Source: Escherichia phage PhiNW-E1. From it: a DNA stretch of 45,197 nt. Below are positions 24,954-34,714 of the stretch, one piece after another; position 1 is the stretch's first letter, and every line of letters begins with the position of its first letter. The DNA is taken from the sequence record PQ476011.1; one strand, given 5' to 3'. The notes beneath the pieces were generated by a model. It had not been told where the DNA came from. It did no database searches and was given only the letters and a program-made list of their open reading frames with translations. The translations under genes were made by a program, and so were the position numbers.

Positions 24954-25226
24954 ATGCCGACTATTGAATCTCGAATTGAACTGGACATTAGCTACAATGC
25001 AATCACCAGACAGTATATTGGGGTTGCCTATGATTACAAAACTGGTGAGAAGCTAGTGGAGGTGAGACAATGGGATGACTATTGGTTAAGACAGAACCTC
25101 CATGATGCGGTGTCCTCCTTCTTGAAGGAGTGGCCTACATGCGACCAAACTTCGACTTCGGAGCTACAGTATCGGAAGACAATAATCTCATCCTGTGGCC
25201 GACTGAAGGTAATCGAATCGCTTTAA
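24954..25226 (+). CDS. Hypothetical protein
   Basis: 90 aa; RBS GGAGA; 3' end overlaps the exonuclease gene by about 88 nt. Confidence 0.45.
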   Translation: MPTIESRIELDISYNAITRQYIGVAYDYKTGEKLVEVRQWDDYWLRQNLHDAVSSFLKEWPTCDQTSTSELQYRKTIISSCGRLKVIESL

Positions 25227-26161
25227 TAGATGCTGATATGTTACCCTACATCGTAGGTTATACAATCAGTGACATGACTTATTTACGAGCCACAACTCGT
25301 GTCAAGTCAGGACAAGTCCCATCAATCAAAGATACACCTGAGTGTAAGCAAGCATGTGACCGTGTGAACTCCTTGCTTAACTCTTGGGTGTATGCAGCAG
25401 AGTGTGATGCAGCTAAGCTATTCATGACGAAATCAGAAGCTAACTTCCGTGTCCGCCTAGCATTCACAAAGCCTTATAAGGGTCAACGTAAGACCGAGAA
25501 GCCTCCGTTCTTCTATGAATTGCGAGAGCATCTCTTAGAGGTTCACGGTGCAATCTTGGCAGATGGAGAAGAAGCTGATGACCTCATGAGCATCGCACAA
25601 TGGGATAGCCACCGCCGCTTCCTGCAAGATACAGGTAACGAGTTCCCTATCGGTAGTCCAGAGCATAAAGCATTCTCTGATACTTGCATCGTTTCCTTAG
25701 ATAAGGATTTGATGATTGTTCCCGGTTGGCATCTTCAGCCGGGTCAAGAGAAGAAGTGGGTAGAGCCTATGGGCTGGCTTGAGCTACGCCGTAAGGCTAA
25801 TGGGCAAGTCAAAGATCTAAAAGGTGCTGGCCTCATGTTCCACTATGCACAGATGATTATCGGTGATGATATTGATAACTATGCTGGCATACCAGGTCGT
25901 GGTGCTAAATACGCCTATGATCTTCTCAAAGATTGTAAGACAGAGAAAGAGTTGTACATGGCAGTGCTGGGTGCTTACAAGGCTAAGTTCGGGCATGGAC
26001 AAGTTAAAATTAAGAATTACCGAGGTGGTTATCGTATCGGCAAAGCCTTTGACCTTATGCTTGAATGCGGTCGCTTAGCTCACATGGCTAGGTTCAAAGG
26101 TGATATATGGCGAGCCGATAAGAACCCAATCTTGTGGGGGGAGATGATGCGGAATGGTTAG
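25139..26161 (+). CDS. 5'-3' exonuclease (T7 gp6 / FEN family)
   Basis: 340 aa from ATG 25139 (RBS AAGGAG 25125-25130); IALIDADMLPY and LADGEEADDLMSIAQ acidic motifs. Confidence 0.8.
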   Translation: MRPNFDFGATVSEDNNLILWPTEGNRIALIDADMLPYIVGYTISDMTYLRATTRVKSGQVPSIKDTPECKQACDRVNSLLNSWVYAAECDAAKLFMTKSEANFRVRLAFTKPYKGQRKTEKPPFFYELREHLLEVHGAILADGEEADDLMSIAQWDSHRRFLQDTGNEFPIGSPEHKAFSDTCIVSLDKDLMIVPGWHLQPGQEKKWVEPMGWLELRRKANGQVKDLKGAGLMFHYAQMIIGDDIDNYAGIPGRGAKYAYDLLKDCKTEKELYMAVLGAYKAKFGHGQVKIKNYRGGYRIGKAFDLMLECGRLAHMARFKGDIWRADKNPILWGEMMRNG

Positions 26162-26567
26162 CAAATTAAAAGCATCGGAGGTGGCAGCTTATAAGAAGGA
26201 ATTGCTAGATAAGCAAGGATGGAAATGCCCTCTGTGTGGTGGCAGTCTCAAAGCTGTCACACCTGTAAACCGTGCACTTGACCATGACCATGAGACAGGA
26301 TTCTGCCGTGCTGTTGTATGCCGAGGTTGCAATGGTGCGGAAGGGAAGATTAAGGGTGTTATCTCTGGTTATGGCAAGGTGGGTAATAACCGTTACTTCC
26401 AGCTTCAATGGTTAGAGAGATTGTACGAATACTGGAAGTTACATAGTACGCCTCAGACAGATAAGTTATATCACAAACATCAAACGGAGGCAGAGAAGCG
26501 CGAGGCTAAGAACCGTAAGGCACGCCTTGCTTATGCAAGAAAGAAGAAGGAGGTTAAAGTTGGGTAA
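26154..26567 (+). CDS. Endonuclease VII-like Holliday junction resolvase
   Basis: 137 aa; CPLCGG...DHDHETGFCRAVVCRGCN zinc/His-Me finger pattern typical of recombination endonuclease VII. Confidence 0.7.
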   Translation: MVSKLKASEVAAYKKELLDKQGWKCPLCGGSLKAVTPVNRALDHDHETGFCRAVVCRGCNGAEGKIKGVISGYGKVGNNRYFQLQWLERLYEYWKLHSTPQTDKLYHKHQTEAEKREAKNRKARLAYARKKKEVKVG

Positions 26568-27567
26568 GCTTCGCAGCTTGTACAAAGACTCCGAGGTACT
26601 TGATGCAATCGAGCAAGCTACCGACGAGAAAGGTAATGTTAACTACAACGAGATGGCACGGGTATTATCGTGTCACCCTATGGGTAAGAAGATTACCCGC
26701 CAGTTGGCTCGATACTGGCATGGTCAATTCAAGAAGACCAAGAAGAATGGTGATTACTACCAGACTCTTCTGCAAGAGGATAAGCGTATCAAAGAAGAGC
26801 GTAAGCTCAGGACTCCTGACCGCTACGAGGATTTGGCTATTGTACCACTGCCTGACTCGCCTCATCGAAGTGTACTGGTAATCCCTGACACCCATGCACC
26901 TTACGAGCACCCAGATACCTTAGAGTTTCTGGCAGCGGTGGCAGCATGTTACCGTCCAGACACTGTAGTTCATCTGGGGGATGAGGCAGATAAACATGCC
27001 TTATCGTTCCACGATTCAGACCCCAATCTGGATAGTGCTGGCATGGAATTAGAGAAGGCTCGTGTCTTCATGCACAAGTTGCACAAGATGTTTCCTGTGA
27101 TGCGCCTGTGTCATTCTAATCACGGCTCTATGCACTTCCGTAAGGCAAGCGCCAAGGGTATTCCAGTGCAATATCTTCGTACATACCGTGAAGTCTTCTT
27201 CCCAAATGGAGGTGGCGACCAGTGGGATTGGCAACATACACACGTACTTGAGTTGCCGAATGGTGAACAGGTAGCATTCAAGCATCAACCTGCTGGCTCT
27301 GTCTTAGCAGATGCAGCGCATGAGCGTATGAACCTTGTGTGTGGTCACTTGCATGGTAAGATGTCTGTGGAGTACGCACGTAATACACATGAACAGTATT
27401 GGGCTGTGCAGGGCGGCTGTTTGATTGATGAGTCATCTCGTGCATTTGCCTATGGTCGTGAGTCCAAATACAAGCCAGCATTAGGTTGTGTGGTTATTCT
27501 GGAGGGTGTGCCGCACATTGTCCCGATGCAGACCAATAGTGACAATCGCTGGATTGGTAAGATTTAG
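26533..27567 (+). CDS. Calcineurin-like metallophosphoesterase (start uncertain: ATG 26533 or TTG 26560)
   Basis: Motifs PDTHAP, HLGDEAD, SNHG, CGHLHG in canonical order. Confidence 0.65.
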   Translation: MQERRRRLKLGKLRSLYKDSEVLDAIEQATDEKGNVNYNEMARVLSCHPMGKKITRQLARYWHGQFKKTKKNGDYYQTLLQEDKRIKEERKLRTPDRYEDLAIVPLPDSPHRSVLVIPDTHAPYEHPDTLEFLAAVAACYRPDTVVHLGDEADKHALSFHDSDPNLDSAGMELEKARVFMHKLHKMFPVMRLCHSNHGSMHFRKASAKGIPVQYLRTYREVFFPNGGGDQWDWQHTHVLELPNGEQVAFKHQPAGSVLADAAHERMNLVCGHLHGKMSVEYARNTHEQYWAVQGGCLIDESSRAFAYGRESKYKPALGCVVILEGVPHIVPMQTNSDNRWIGKI

Positions 27568-27584
27568 TTGACACTATAGAACAA
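27562..27584 (+). promoter_or_regulatory. Phage RNAP promoter (SP6-like variant)
   Basis: GATTTAGTTGACACTATAGAACAA; +1 G at 27579. Confidence 0.6.
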
Positions 27585-27635
27585 AGGGTAGGTATTAGCT
27601 TACCCTTGATTGTATAGTGAATGGAGGAATTAATT

Positions 27636-28106
27636 ATGTCAAAGATTTATATTGGCGAATACGTCGTACGCCGTGCAGCTTACCGAGATGCCTTCTGGAA
27701 TAAACTGTGTGAAAGCCTAGGCAAGAAACCAGATGGGGTATTCAAAGTATCCCGTGCAGAACCTAATTATAACTCTATTATGTTAGAAGGTGTTGAGAAG
27801 CGCGAATGGTATGCACCTTACTTCAAGGTTGTTGACTCATTGCAAGATGAAGATCCTAGCACGTTGGACAACAATATGGTTACTAAGCCTAAGCACTATG
27901 AGTTCTTCGATGGGGTAGAGGCAATCACTATCATTGCTCGTAGTATGACCGAGAAGCAATTTGCTGGATATTGCATGGGTAATGCTTTGAAGTATCGTCT
28001 GCGTGCAGGGAAGAAATTCAACACGGAAGAAGATCTGAAGAAAGCAGACTACTACAAAGAGCTATTCCAGAAGCATCGTCACGAATGTATTGATGAGGAT
28101 ATTTAA
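27636..28106 (+). CDS. Hypothetical protein
   Basis: 156 aa from ATG 27636 (RBS GGAGGA 27623-27628). Confidence 0.55.
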   Translation: MSKIYIGEYVVRRAAYRDAFWNKLCESLGKKPDGVFKVSRAEPNYNSIMLEGVEKREWYAPYFKVVDSLQDEDPSTLDNNMVTKPKHYEFFDGVEAITIIARSMTEKQFAGYCMGNALKYRLRAGKKFNTEEDLKKADYYKELFQKHRHECIDEDI

Positions 28107-28107
28107 T

Positions 28108-28224
28108 ATGACTTGTCCTAATTGTGGAAGTGAAGAAACAGAACATGTAGTTATGTCAGATACTTATCATTTCTACTTCTGTCATAGCTGCGACACCACC
28201 ATTGAAGAGGAAGAAGCTGTATGA
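28108..28224 (+). CDS. Small zinc-ribbon protein (38 aa)
   Basis: Hand-translated; CPNCGS...CHSCDT; stop overlaps ligase start (ATGA). Confidence 0.4.
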   Translation: MTCPNCGSEETEHVVMSDTYHFYFCHSCDTTIEEEEAV

Positions 28225-29168
28225 ATATATTCCAATTCCTAGGTCTTCCAGAAGACCACCGCAATCACCCATTCATGCTGGTGAAACATCGCGGTGAAGT
28301 ACCTGAGAAGAAATTAACTTTTCCATGTTATGCACAGGTAAAACGAGATGGTATATTTAGTGCTGTGGTTGTTCGCAACGATGGTGTCGTTGGTATCTTT
28401 GGACGCACTGGAAAGAAACTGGCTAACACGGAAACCTTGGAAGAATCTTATTCAGCTTTCCCTACTGGCATTTATCTCGGTGAGTTGCAATCTATGGCTA
28501 TTGATGTCTACCTTGAAGCACTTTCTGGAGTAGTTAACCCTAGCCGCACTGAGCCACTAGATTTCATAGGCCAGCAGATTAAAGACAACCTGTATATTGA
28601 CTTCTTCGATATGTTAACTATTAAGGTATTCCATGATGGATTCACTGATGTTTCTTATCTCAAACGTTACGATGCTTTACATCGTCGCATCGGCGCTCAT
28701 CTTAGCGGGTACAACGCTATCCTTCCTATTACTCCTTGCCATAATGAGCGAGAAGTTGAAGCGTTTGCGCAAGAGCAAATAGACGCAGGCCGAGAGGGTG
28801 CTGTGTTTAAACTGGACTGTGATTATGAAGCAGGCCACAAAGGTTATCGTCAGACTAAAGAAGTCCGTAAGGTAACTTATGACCTTACTTGTATTGGCTT
28901 TGAAGAAGGCAAAGGTAAGTACAAAGGTAAGGTAGCTAACCTCATTTTCAAATGGAAAGGGGGCAAGACAATCAAAGCTATGTTAGGTAAAGGGTGGACT
29001 CATGCAGATGCAGAACAGATGTTCCACGATATTAAACATGGTGGACGATTGAATGTCATTGGTAAAATCTTTGAAGTAAAAGGTCTTCAGGATTCAAGCA
29101 AGGGCAACATTCGTCTGCCCAAAGCGGGAGAATTAAGACATGACAAAGATGAACCAGATTTCTTTTGA
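28221..29168 (+). CDS. ATP-dependent DNA ligase
   Basis: 315 aa; adenylation motif KRDG (AQVKRDGIFSAVV). Confidence 0.8.
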   Translation: MNIFQFLGLPEDHRNHPFMLVKHRGEVPEKKLTFPCYAQVKRDGIFSAVVVRNDGVVGIFGRTGKKLANTETLEESYSAFPTGIYLGELQSMAIDVYLEALSGVVNPSRTEPLDFIGQQIKDNLYIDFFDMLTIKVFHDGFTDVSYLKRYDALHRRIGAHLSGYNAILPITPCHNEREVEAFAQEQIDAGREGAVFKLDCDYEAGHKGYRQTKEVRKVTYDLTCIGFEEGKGKYKGKVANLIFKWKGGKTIKAMLGKGWTHADAEQMFHDIKHGGRLNVIGKIFEVKGLQDSSKGNIRLPKAGELRHDKDEPDFF

Positions 29169-29355
29169 TAGCATGAAGGCAACTCGTGCAGTTGAGGTAG
29201 CAGAAGCTATCTTTGAAACTTTATCCTGTGGCATGGAATTGCCGTATACTTTACTGGCTGATGCAGAAGAGCTTGGTCTTTCTGTAGAAGCTATCCAAGA
29301 GAAGGTTGAAGAACTCTATGGTACAGACGAAGAAGAAACCGACGATTTCATTTGA
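29140..29355 (+). CDS. Small highly acidic protein (start uncertain)
   Basis: 71 aa, Asp/Glu-rich; overlaps the ligase 3' end by 29 nt. Confidence 0.4.
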   Translation: MTKMNQISFDSMKATRAVEVAEAIFETLSCGMELPYTLLADAEELGLSVEAIQEKVEELYGTDEEETDDFI

Positions 29356-29365
29356 GGGTATGGAG

Positions 29366-29488
29366 ATGCTTGAGATGATTCTCAAGCCTTCTTCTCCGAA
29401 GGTGACTAAGACTCACGAAGAATTAATCGTAGATGAAGTTAAGCGTTACATAATGGATTGTGTCAGAGCACAACTGGTGGTCCAATGA
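29366..29488 (+). CDS. Small hypothetical protein
   Basis: About 40 aa; in-frame part of ORF-track entry 29306-29488; weak RBS. Confidence 0.25.
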   Translation: MLEMILKPSSPKVTKTHEELIVDEVKRYIMDCVRAQLVVQ

Positions 29489-29946
29489 TACGTCCAGCTT
29501 CATTCCTAGATATTCCTGAGATTATAAACCTTGGGAATAAGTATGTGGAAGAGGAAGTCAAGGTTGTAGTCCATCACTCAGCCTCATGGAGTGCAGAACA
29601 AAGTGCACATAACCTTTGTGCATCTCTTAGTAGAGAAGATTTATTCCTATGGGTTGCTGTAGATGAAGGGCGGATTGTAGGGTTCCTGTGGGCTGGCTAT
29701 CACGAGTTGGCCCCTTGGACACCTGTAATGGTTGCCTCTGACATTCTCTTTTATATTATACCAGAGAAGCGAGGAACCCTACTTGGTATGCGTCTCATCA
29801 AAGCCCTAAAGCAATGGGCTAGTGATAATGAATGCTCTGAGGTTCGCCTGTCTATCGCCTCTGGTATTAATGAAGAACGTGTCGGACGTATGTATAAGCG
29901 ACTTGGCTTTGAACCGTTTGGCACTGTGTACAACCTGAAGTTCTAA
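29485..29946 (+). CDS. GNAT-family N-acetyltransferase
   Basis: 153 aa from ATG 29485; acetyl-CoA-binding-like core RGTLLGMRLIKAL and C-terminal RLGFEP. Confidence 0.6.
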   Translation: MIRPASFLDIPEIINLGNKYVEEEVKVVVHHSASWSAEQSAHNLCASLSREDLFLWVAVDEGRIVGFLWAGYHELAPWTPVMVASDILFYIIPEKRGTLLGMRLIKALKQWASDNECSEVRLSIASGINEERVGRMYKRLGFEPFGTVYNLKF

Positions 29947-29955
29947 GGAGATAAC

Positions 29956-30165
29956 ATGGGTGTTGTAAAGAAAGCATTTAAGGCTATCGGTCTTGCTCAA
30001 GATGCACCACGTATTGAAGCCAAAGTCCCAGCACAGCAGCTTGAGCGTAAGCCTGAGACTGAAGCTGAAGATATTCAAATTGGTGCAGGTGGTGATGATG
30101 CGACTGCATCTGCAAAAGGTAAGCGCGGCCTTGTCCGTCCGGTAGCTTCTAGCTTGAAGGTGTAA
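29956..30165 (+). CDS. Small virion-associated protein (T7 gp6.7-like composition)
   Basis: 69 aa; RBS AAGGAGA; directly upstream of portal. Confidence 0.45.
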   Translation: MGVVKKAFKAIGLAQDAPRIEAKVPAQQLERKPETEAEDIQIGAGGDDATASAKGKRGLVRPVASSLKV

Positions 30166-30166
30166 T

Positions 30167-31717
30167 ATGAAACAGAGCACAGATTTGGAGTATGGAGGTA
30201 AGCGGTCTAAGATACCTAAGCTATGGGAGAAGTTCTCCACTAAACGTAGCTCTTTCCTTGATAGGGCGAAGCATTACTCCAAATTAACCTTGCCCTATCT
30301 GATGAATGACAAAGGTGATAACGAGACTTCGCAGAATGGATGGCAAGGTGTAGGTGCTCAGGCAACTAATCATCTAGCCAACAAGCTAGCGCAAGTACTA
30401 TTCCCTGCACAGCGTTCCTTCTTCCGTGTAGACTTAACTGCACAAGGTGAGAAGGTTCTTAATCAGCGTGGCCTGAAGAAGACAGAGCTAGCTACCATCT
30501 TCGCTCAAGTGGAAACACGGGCAATGAAAGAGTTAGAGCAACGTCAATTCCGGCCTGCTGTAGTGGAAGCATTCAAGCATCTTATTGTTGCTGGTAGCTG
30601 TATGCTATACAAGCCGAGCAAAGGTGCAATCAGTGCTATCCCAATGCATCACTATGTAGTTAACCGTGATACCAATGGCGACCTGTTAGACATTATCTTA
30701 CTGCAAGAGAAAGCCTTACGCACCTTTGACCCAGCTACACGTGCTGTAGTAGAGGTTGGCCTGAAAGGTAAGAAGTGCAAGGAGGATGACAGCGTTAAGC
30801 TGTACACACATGCTAAGTATCTTGGTGATGGATTTTGGGAACTCAAGCAATCTGCTGATGATATCCCTGTGGGTAAGGTGAGTAAAATCAAATCAGAAAA
30901 GCTACCTTTCATCCCATTAACTTGGAAGCGAAGCTATGGTGAGGATTGGGGTCGCCCTCTTGCAGAGGATTACTCCGGTGATTTATTCGTTATCCAATTC
31001 TTATCTGAAGCAGTTGCCCGTGGTGCTGCACTGATGGCAGACATTAAGTACCTGATTCGTCCGGGTGCTCAGACTGATGTTGACCACTTTGTTAACTCTG
31101 GCACTGGTGAGGTTGTCACTGGTGTAGAAGAAGATATCCATATTGTACAGTTAGGTAAGTATGCAGACCTCACACCTATTAGCGCGGTTCTAGAGGTATA
31201 CACTCGCCGTATCGGTGTTGTCTTCATGATGGAGACAATGACACGCCGTGACGCCGAACGTGTTACTGCTGTAGAAATCCAGCGAGATGCGTTAGAGATT
31301 GAGCAGAACATGGGTGGGGTATACTCCCTCTTTGCTACTACTATGCAATCGCCAGTAGCGATGTGGGGTCTGCTGGAGGCAGGGGAGTCCTTCACTAGTG
31401 ACTTAGTGGACCCTGTGATTATCACAGGTATTGAAGCTTTAGGACGCATGGCTGAGTTGGATAAACTGGCTAACTTTGCTCAGTATATGTCACTGCCATT
31501 ACAATGGCCTGAGCCTGTCCTAGCTGCTGTGAAATGGCCTGACTATATGGATTGGGTGCGTGGTCAAATCTCTGCTGAACTGCCGTTCCTTAAATCAGCT
31601 GAAGAGATGGCACAAGAACAGGAAGCACAGATGCAAGCACAGCAAGCACAGATGCTTGAAGAAGGTGTGGCTAAGGCCGTGCCGGGTGTAATTCAACAAG
31701 AACTTAAGGAGGCGTAA
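30167..31717 (+). CDS. Portal (head-tail connector) protein
   Basis: 516 aa; position upstream of scaffold and capsid; size typical of T7 gp8 family. Confidence 0.8.
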   Translation: MKQSTDLEYGGKRSKIPKLWEKFSTKRSSFLDRAKHYSKLTLPYLMNDKGDNETSQNGWQGVGAQATNHLANKLAQVLFPAQRSFFRVDLTAQGEKVLNQRGLKKTELATIFAQVETRAMKELEQRQFRPAVVEAFKHLIVAGSCMLYKPSKGAISAIPMHHYVVNRDTNGDLLDIILLQEKALRTFDPATRAVVEVGLKGKKCKEDDSVKLYTHAKYLGDGFWELKQSADDIPVGKVSKIKSEKLPFIPLTWKRSYGEDWGRPLAEDYSGDLFVIQFLSEAVARGAALMADIKYLIRPGAQTDVDHFVNSGTGEVVTGVEEDIHIVQLGKYADLTPISAVLEVYTRRIGVVFMMETMTRRDAERVTAVEIQRDALEIEQNMGGVYSLFATTMQSPVAMWGLLEAGESFTSDLVDPVIITGIEALGRMAELDKLANFAQYMSLPLQWPEPVLAAVKWPDYMDWVRGQISAELPFLKSAEEMAQEQEAQMQAQQAQMLEEGVAKAVPGVIQQELKEA

Positions 31718-32637
31718 TGTCTTTCTCATTTACTGAACCGTCAACCACTCACCCTACTGCTGAAGAGGGTACGGTAGAAACCAAGGAGGTAACAACTGAT
31801 GCTGCTACTACTGATGCTCCTGCTGACGCTGGCACTGCTGTACAAGATGACAATGCTGGTGCACAACCTACTGAAGACACCGGAGGAGAAGCTTCTGGAC
31901 AGCCTTCAGAAAAAAGAGACAATGGCGGAGAGAATGGTGAACCTAAGCCAGATGATACCGCGACCGACACTGAGGAAGTGCAATACTTCTTCGGAGAACA
32001 TGAAGTAACAGTAGACATCCCACAGGATGTTACTGATAGCCTTAAAGAGAAAGGTATTGATGCTAAGCAGGTTGCCAAGGAACTCTATGCCAAAGATGGC
32101 AAGTTTGAATTGTCCGATGCAACCAAGCAGAAGCTGTATGATGCCTTTGGCAAGTTTGCAGTAGACGCCTACTTGTCTGGCCTGAAAGCGCAGAATGAAG
32201 CCTTCTTCCTGAAGGAAGCCAATGCTGCAAAGGAACTTGAAGCAGCTAACACTCAGCGCTTCTCTGATGTTTCTAAGGAAGTTGGTGGCGAAGAAGGTTG
32301 GTCCCGTCTTGAGGCGTGGGCGCTGGAAGCGCTGTCCGATGACGAACTCACGGCATTCAATGCGGTGATGGAGTCTGGCAACCAATACCTCCAGCAATAT
32401 GCTGTGCGTGAACTAGAAAGCCGCCGTAAAGCTGCACAGGGTGATGACAAGCCAAACTTGATTGAGCCATCTGCACCTGCTGCCGCATCTGAGGATAATG
32501 GACCCCTGTCTCGCGAGCAGTATCTCCGTGAGATGATGACGCTGGGTTCCCGCTTCGGTACAGACAAGAAAGCTGCTGCTGAGTATCAGGCTAAGCTGGA
32601 TGCTCGCCGCCGTGCGGGTATGGCTCGCGGACTTTAA
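31717..32637 (+). CDS. Scaffolding protein
   Basis: 306 aa; acidic, helical, low complexity; between portal and capsid. Confidence 0.7.
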   Translation: MSFSFTEPSTTHPTAEEGTVETKEVTTDAATTDAPADAGTAVQDDNAGAQPTEDTGGEASGQPSEKRDNGGENGEPKPDDTATDTEEVQYFFGEHEVTVDIPQDVTDSLKEKGIDAKQVAKELYAKDGKFELSDATKQKLYDAFGKFAVDAYLSGLKAQNEAFFLKEANAAKELEAANTQRFSDVSKEVGGEEGWSRLEAWALEALSDDELTAFNAVMESGNQYLQQYAVRELESRRKAAQGDDKPNLIEPSAPAAASEDNGPLSREQYLREMMTLGSRFGTDKKAAAEYQAKLDARRRAGMARGL

Positions 32638-32642
32638 TCAGT

Positions 32643-32665
32643 ATTTACTGGACACTATAGAAGGG
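32643..32665 (+). promoter_or_regulatory. Phage RNAP promoter upstream of capsid gene
   Basis: TATTTACTGGACACTATAGAAGGG; +1 G at 32660. Confidence 0.7.
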
Positions 32666-32713
32666 AGAAATGTCTCCCTAAATTATCAATTTGATTTATA
32701 AGGAGGTTTATTA

Positions 32714-33922
32714 ATGTCTACGCCGAATAACCTGACCAACGTTGCAGTTTCCGCTTCCGGTGAGGTAGACAGCCTTCTCATTGAGAAATTCAATGGTAAG
32801 GTAAATGAGCAGTACCTGAAAGGTGAGAATATCATGTCCTACTTCGATGTTCAGACTGTAACTGGTACTAACACTGTAAGCAACAAGTACTTGGGTGAAA
32901 CCGAGTTGCAGGTTCTGGCACCGGGTCAGTCTCCTGCTGCAACCTCTACTCAGGCCGATAAAAACCAGCTGGTAATTGATGCCACTGTTATCGCTCGTAA
33001 CACCGTTGCACACCTGCATGATGTACAAGGTGATATTGACAGCCTGAAACCGAAGCTGGCTACCAACCAAGCTAAGCAGCTTAAGAAGATGGAAGATGAA
33101 ATGCTGATTCAGCAGATGCTGCTGGGCGGTATTGCTAACACTCAGGCTAAGCGTACTAATCCGCGTGTTAAAGGCCATGGCTTCTCTGTCAATGTAGAAG
33201 TTGCAGAAAGTGAAGCACTGGTCAACCCGCAGTATGTAATGGCGGCTGTAGAGTTTGCTCTGGAGCAGCAGCTTGAGCAGGAAGTAGACATCTCTGATGT
33301 AGCTATCCTGATGCCGTGGCGCTACTTCAACGTACTGCGTGATGCAGACCGTATCGTTGACAAGAGCTACACCATTAGCCAGTCTGGTGCAACCATTCAG
33401 GGTTTTGTTCTGTCTTCTTACAACTGCCCTGTTATCCCGTCTAACCGCTTCCCTAAATTCTCTGCGGGTCAGAAACATCACCTGCTGTCAAATGAAGACA
33501 ACGGTTATCGTTATGACCCGACTGCAGAAATGAATGGCGCTATCGCTGTACTGTTCACAGCTGACGCTCTTCTTGTTGGTCGTTCAATTGATGTAACAGG
33601 TGATATCTTCTATGAGAAGAAAGAGAAGACCTATTACATTGACACCTTTATGTCTGAAGGTGCAATCCCTGACCGTTGGGAGGCAGTGTCTGTAGTTACC
33701 ACCAAGAGAGAGACAAATGGCACGCCTACCACTACTGCAACTCAGGCCGCACAGCACACTCAGGTTCTTAACCGTGCACAGCGCAAAGCTGTATACGTCA
33801 AGAATGCTGCCCCGGCAGGTGCTGCTGCCGCTGCTAGCTTGTCTGCTGAAGACTTGGTTGCTGCTGTACGTGCTGTAATGGCAAATGACAGTAAGCCGAC
33901 TGCAATGAAACCTACTGAGTAA
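32714..33922 (+). CDS. Major capsid protein
   Basis: 402 aa; strong RBS TAAGGAGG; promoter-leader-gene-terminator layout as for T7 gene 10. Confidence 0.8.
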   Translation: MSTPNNLTNVAVSASGEVDSLLIEKFNGKVNEQYLKGENIMSYFDVQTVTGTNTVSNKYLGETELQVLAPGQSPAATSTQADKNQLVIDATVIARNTVAHLHDVQGDIDSLKPKLATNQAKQLKKMEDEMLIQQMLLGGIANTQAKRTNPRVKGHGFSVNVEVAESEALVNPQYVMAAVEFALEQQLEQEVDISDVAILMPWRYFNVLRDADRIVDKSYTISQSGATIQGFVLSSYNCPVIPSNRFPKFSAGQKHHLLSNEDNGYRYDPTAEMNGAIAVLFTADALLVGRSIDVTGDIFYEKKEKTYYIDTFMSEGAIPDRWEAVSVVTTKRETNGTPTTTATQAAQHTQVLNRAQRKAVYVKNAAPAGAAAAASLSAEDLVAAVRAVMANDSKPTAMKPTE

Positions 33923-33930
33923 CACCTATG

Positions 33931-33964
33931 CCCTATCTACCTTGCGTAGGTAGGGTTCTTTTTG
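33931..33964 (+). terminator. Post-capsid hairpin plus U-tract terminator (T-phi-like position)
   Basis: CCCTATCTAC-CTTGC-GTAGGTAGGG then TTCTTTTTG. Confidence 0.6.
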
Positions 33965-33976
33965 TTAGGAGGATTC

Positions 33977-34714
33977 ATGCCTGTAATTAGACAAACCAGT
34001 AAAGTAGGACATATGATGGAAGATGTGGCCTTCCAGATTATTGATAGTAAGCTGGAAGCGGTAAACTTGTGTATGCGAGCTATTGGTCGTGAGGGTGTGG
34101 ATTCCCTCGACTCAGGGGACTTGGACGCAGAAGATGCAAGCAAAATGATCGACATCGTATCCCAGCGGTTCCAGTACAACAAAGGAGGTGGCTGGTGGTT
34201 CAATCGTGAACCAAACTGGCAACTTGCACCAGACACTAACGGTGAAGTTAATTTACCTAACAACTGCCTAGCAGTATTGCAGTGTTATGCTTTAGGTGAA
34301 AAGAAAGTACCTATGACTATGCGAGCAGGTAAGCTCTACTCTACTTGGAGTCACACCTTTGATATGCGTAAGCATGTGAATGCTAATGGTATGATTCGTC
34401 TTACCTTACTCACCTTACTACCCTACGAGCATCTACCTACAAGTGTAATGCAGGCTATTGCCTATCAAGCTGCTGTAGAGTTTATTGTGTCTAAGGATGC
34501 AGATCAGACTAAGCTAGCCACTGCGCAGCAGATAGCCACTCAGCTTCTTATGGATGTACAATCTGAGCAAATGTCACAGAAGCGATTAAACATGCTGGTA
34601 CATAACCCCACTCAGCGTCAGTTTGGTATCATGGCTGGTGGCTCTCAGAATGTACCTGCTTACTCTCATTCACCTTATGAAAGTTGGGCGCTCCGTCCGT
34701 GGGAGGATCGTTAA
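33977..34714 (+). CDS. Tail tubular protein A (T7 gp11-like)
   Basis: 245 aa from ATG 33977 (RBS AGGAGG 33966-33971). Confidence 0.75.
   Translation: MPVIRQTSKVGHMMEDVAFQIIDSKLEAVNLCMRAIGREGVDSLDSGDLDAEDASKMIDIVSQRFQYNKGGGWWFNREPNWQLAPDTNGEVNLPNNCLAVLQCYALGEKKVPMTMRAGKLYSTWSHTFDMRKHVNANGMIRLTLLTLLPYEHLPTSVMQAIAYQAAVEFIVSKDADQTKLATAQQIATQLLMDVQSEQMSQKRLNMLVHNPTQRQFGIMAGGSQNVPAYSHSPYESWALRPWEDR

Noticed and set aside
32711-33481. 256-aa ORF on the minus strand inside the capsid gene
   Set aside because: Antisense to the major capsid gene, which has a strong RBS, promoter and terminator; typical shadow ORF.
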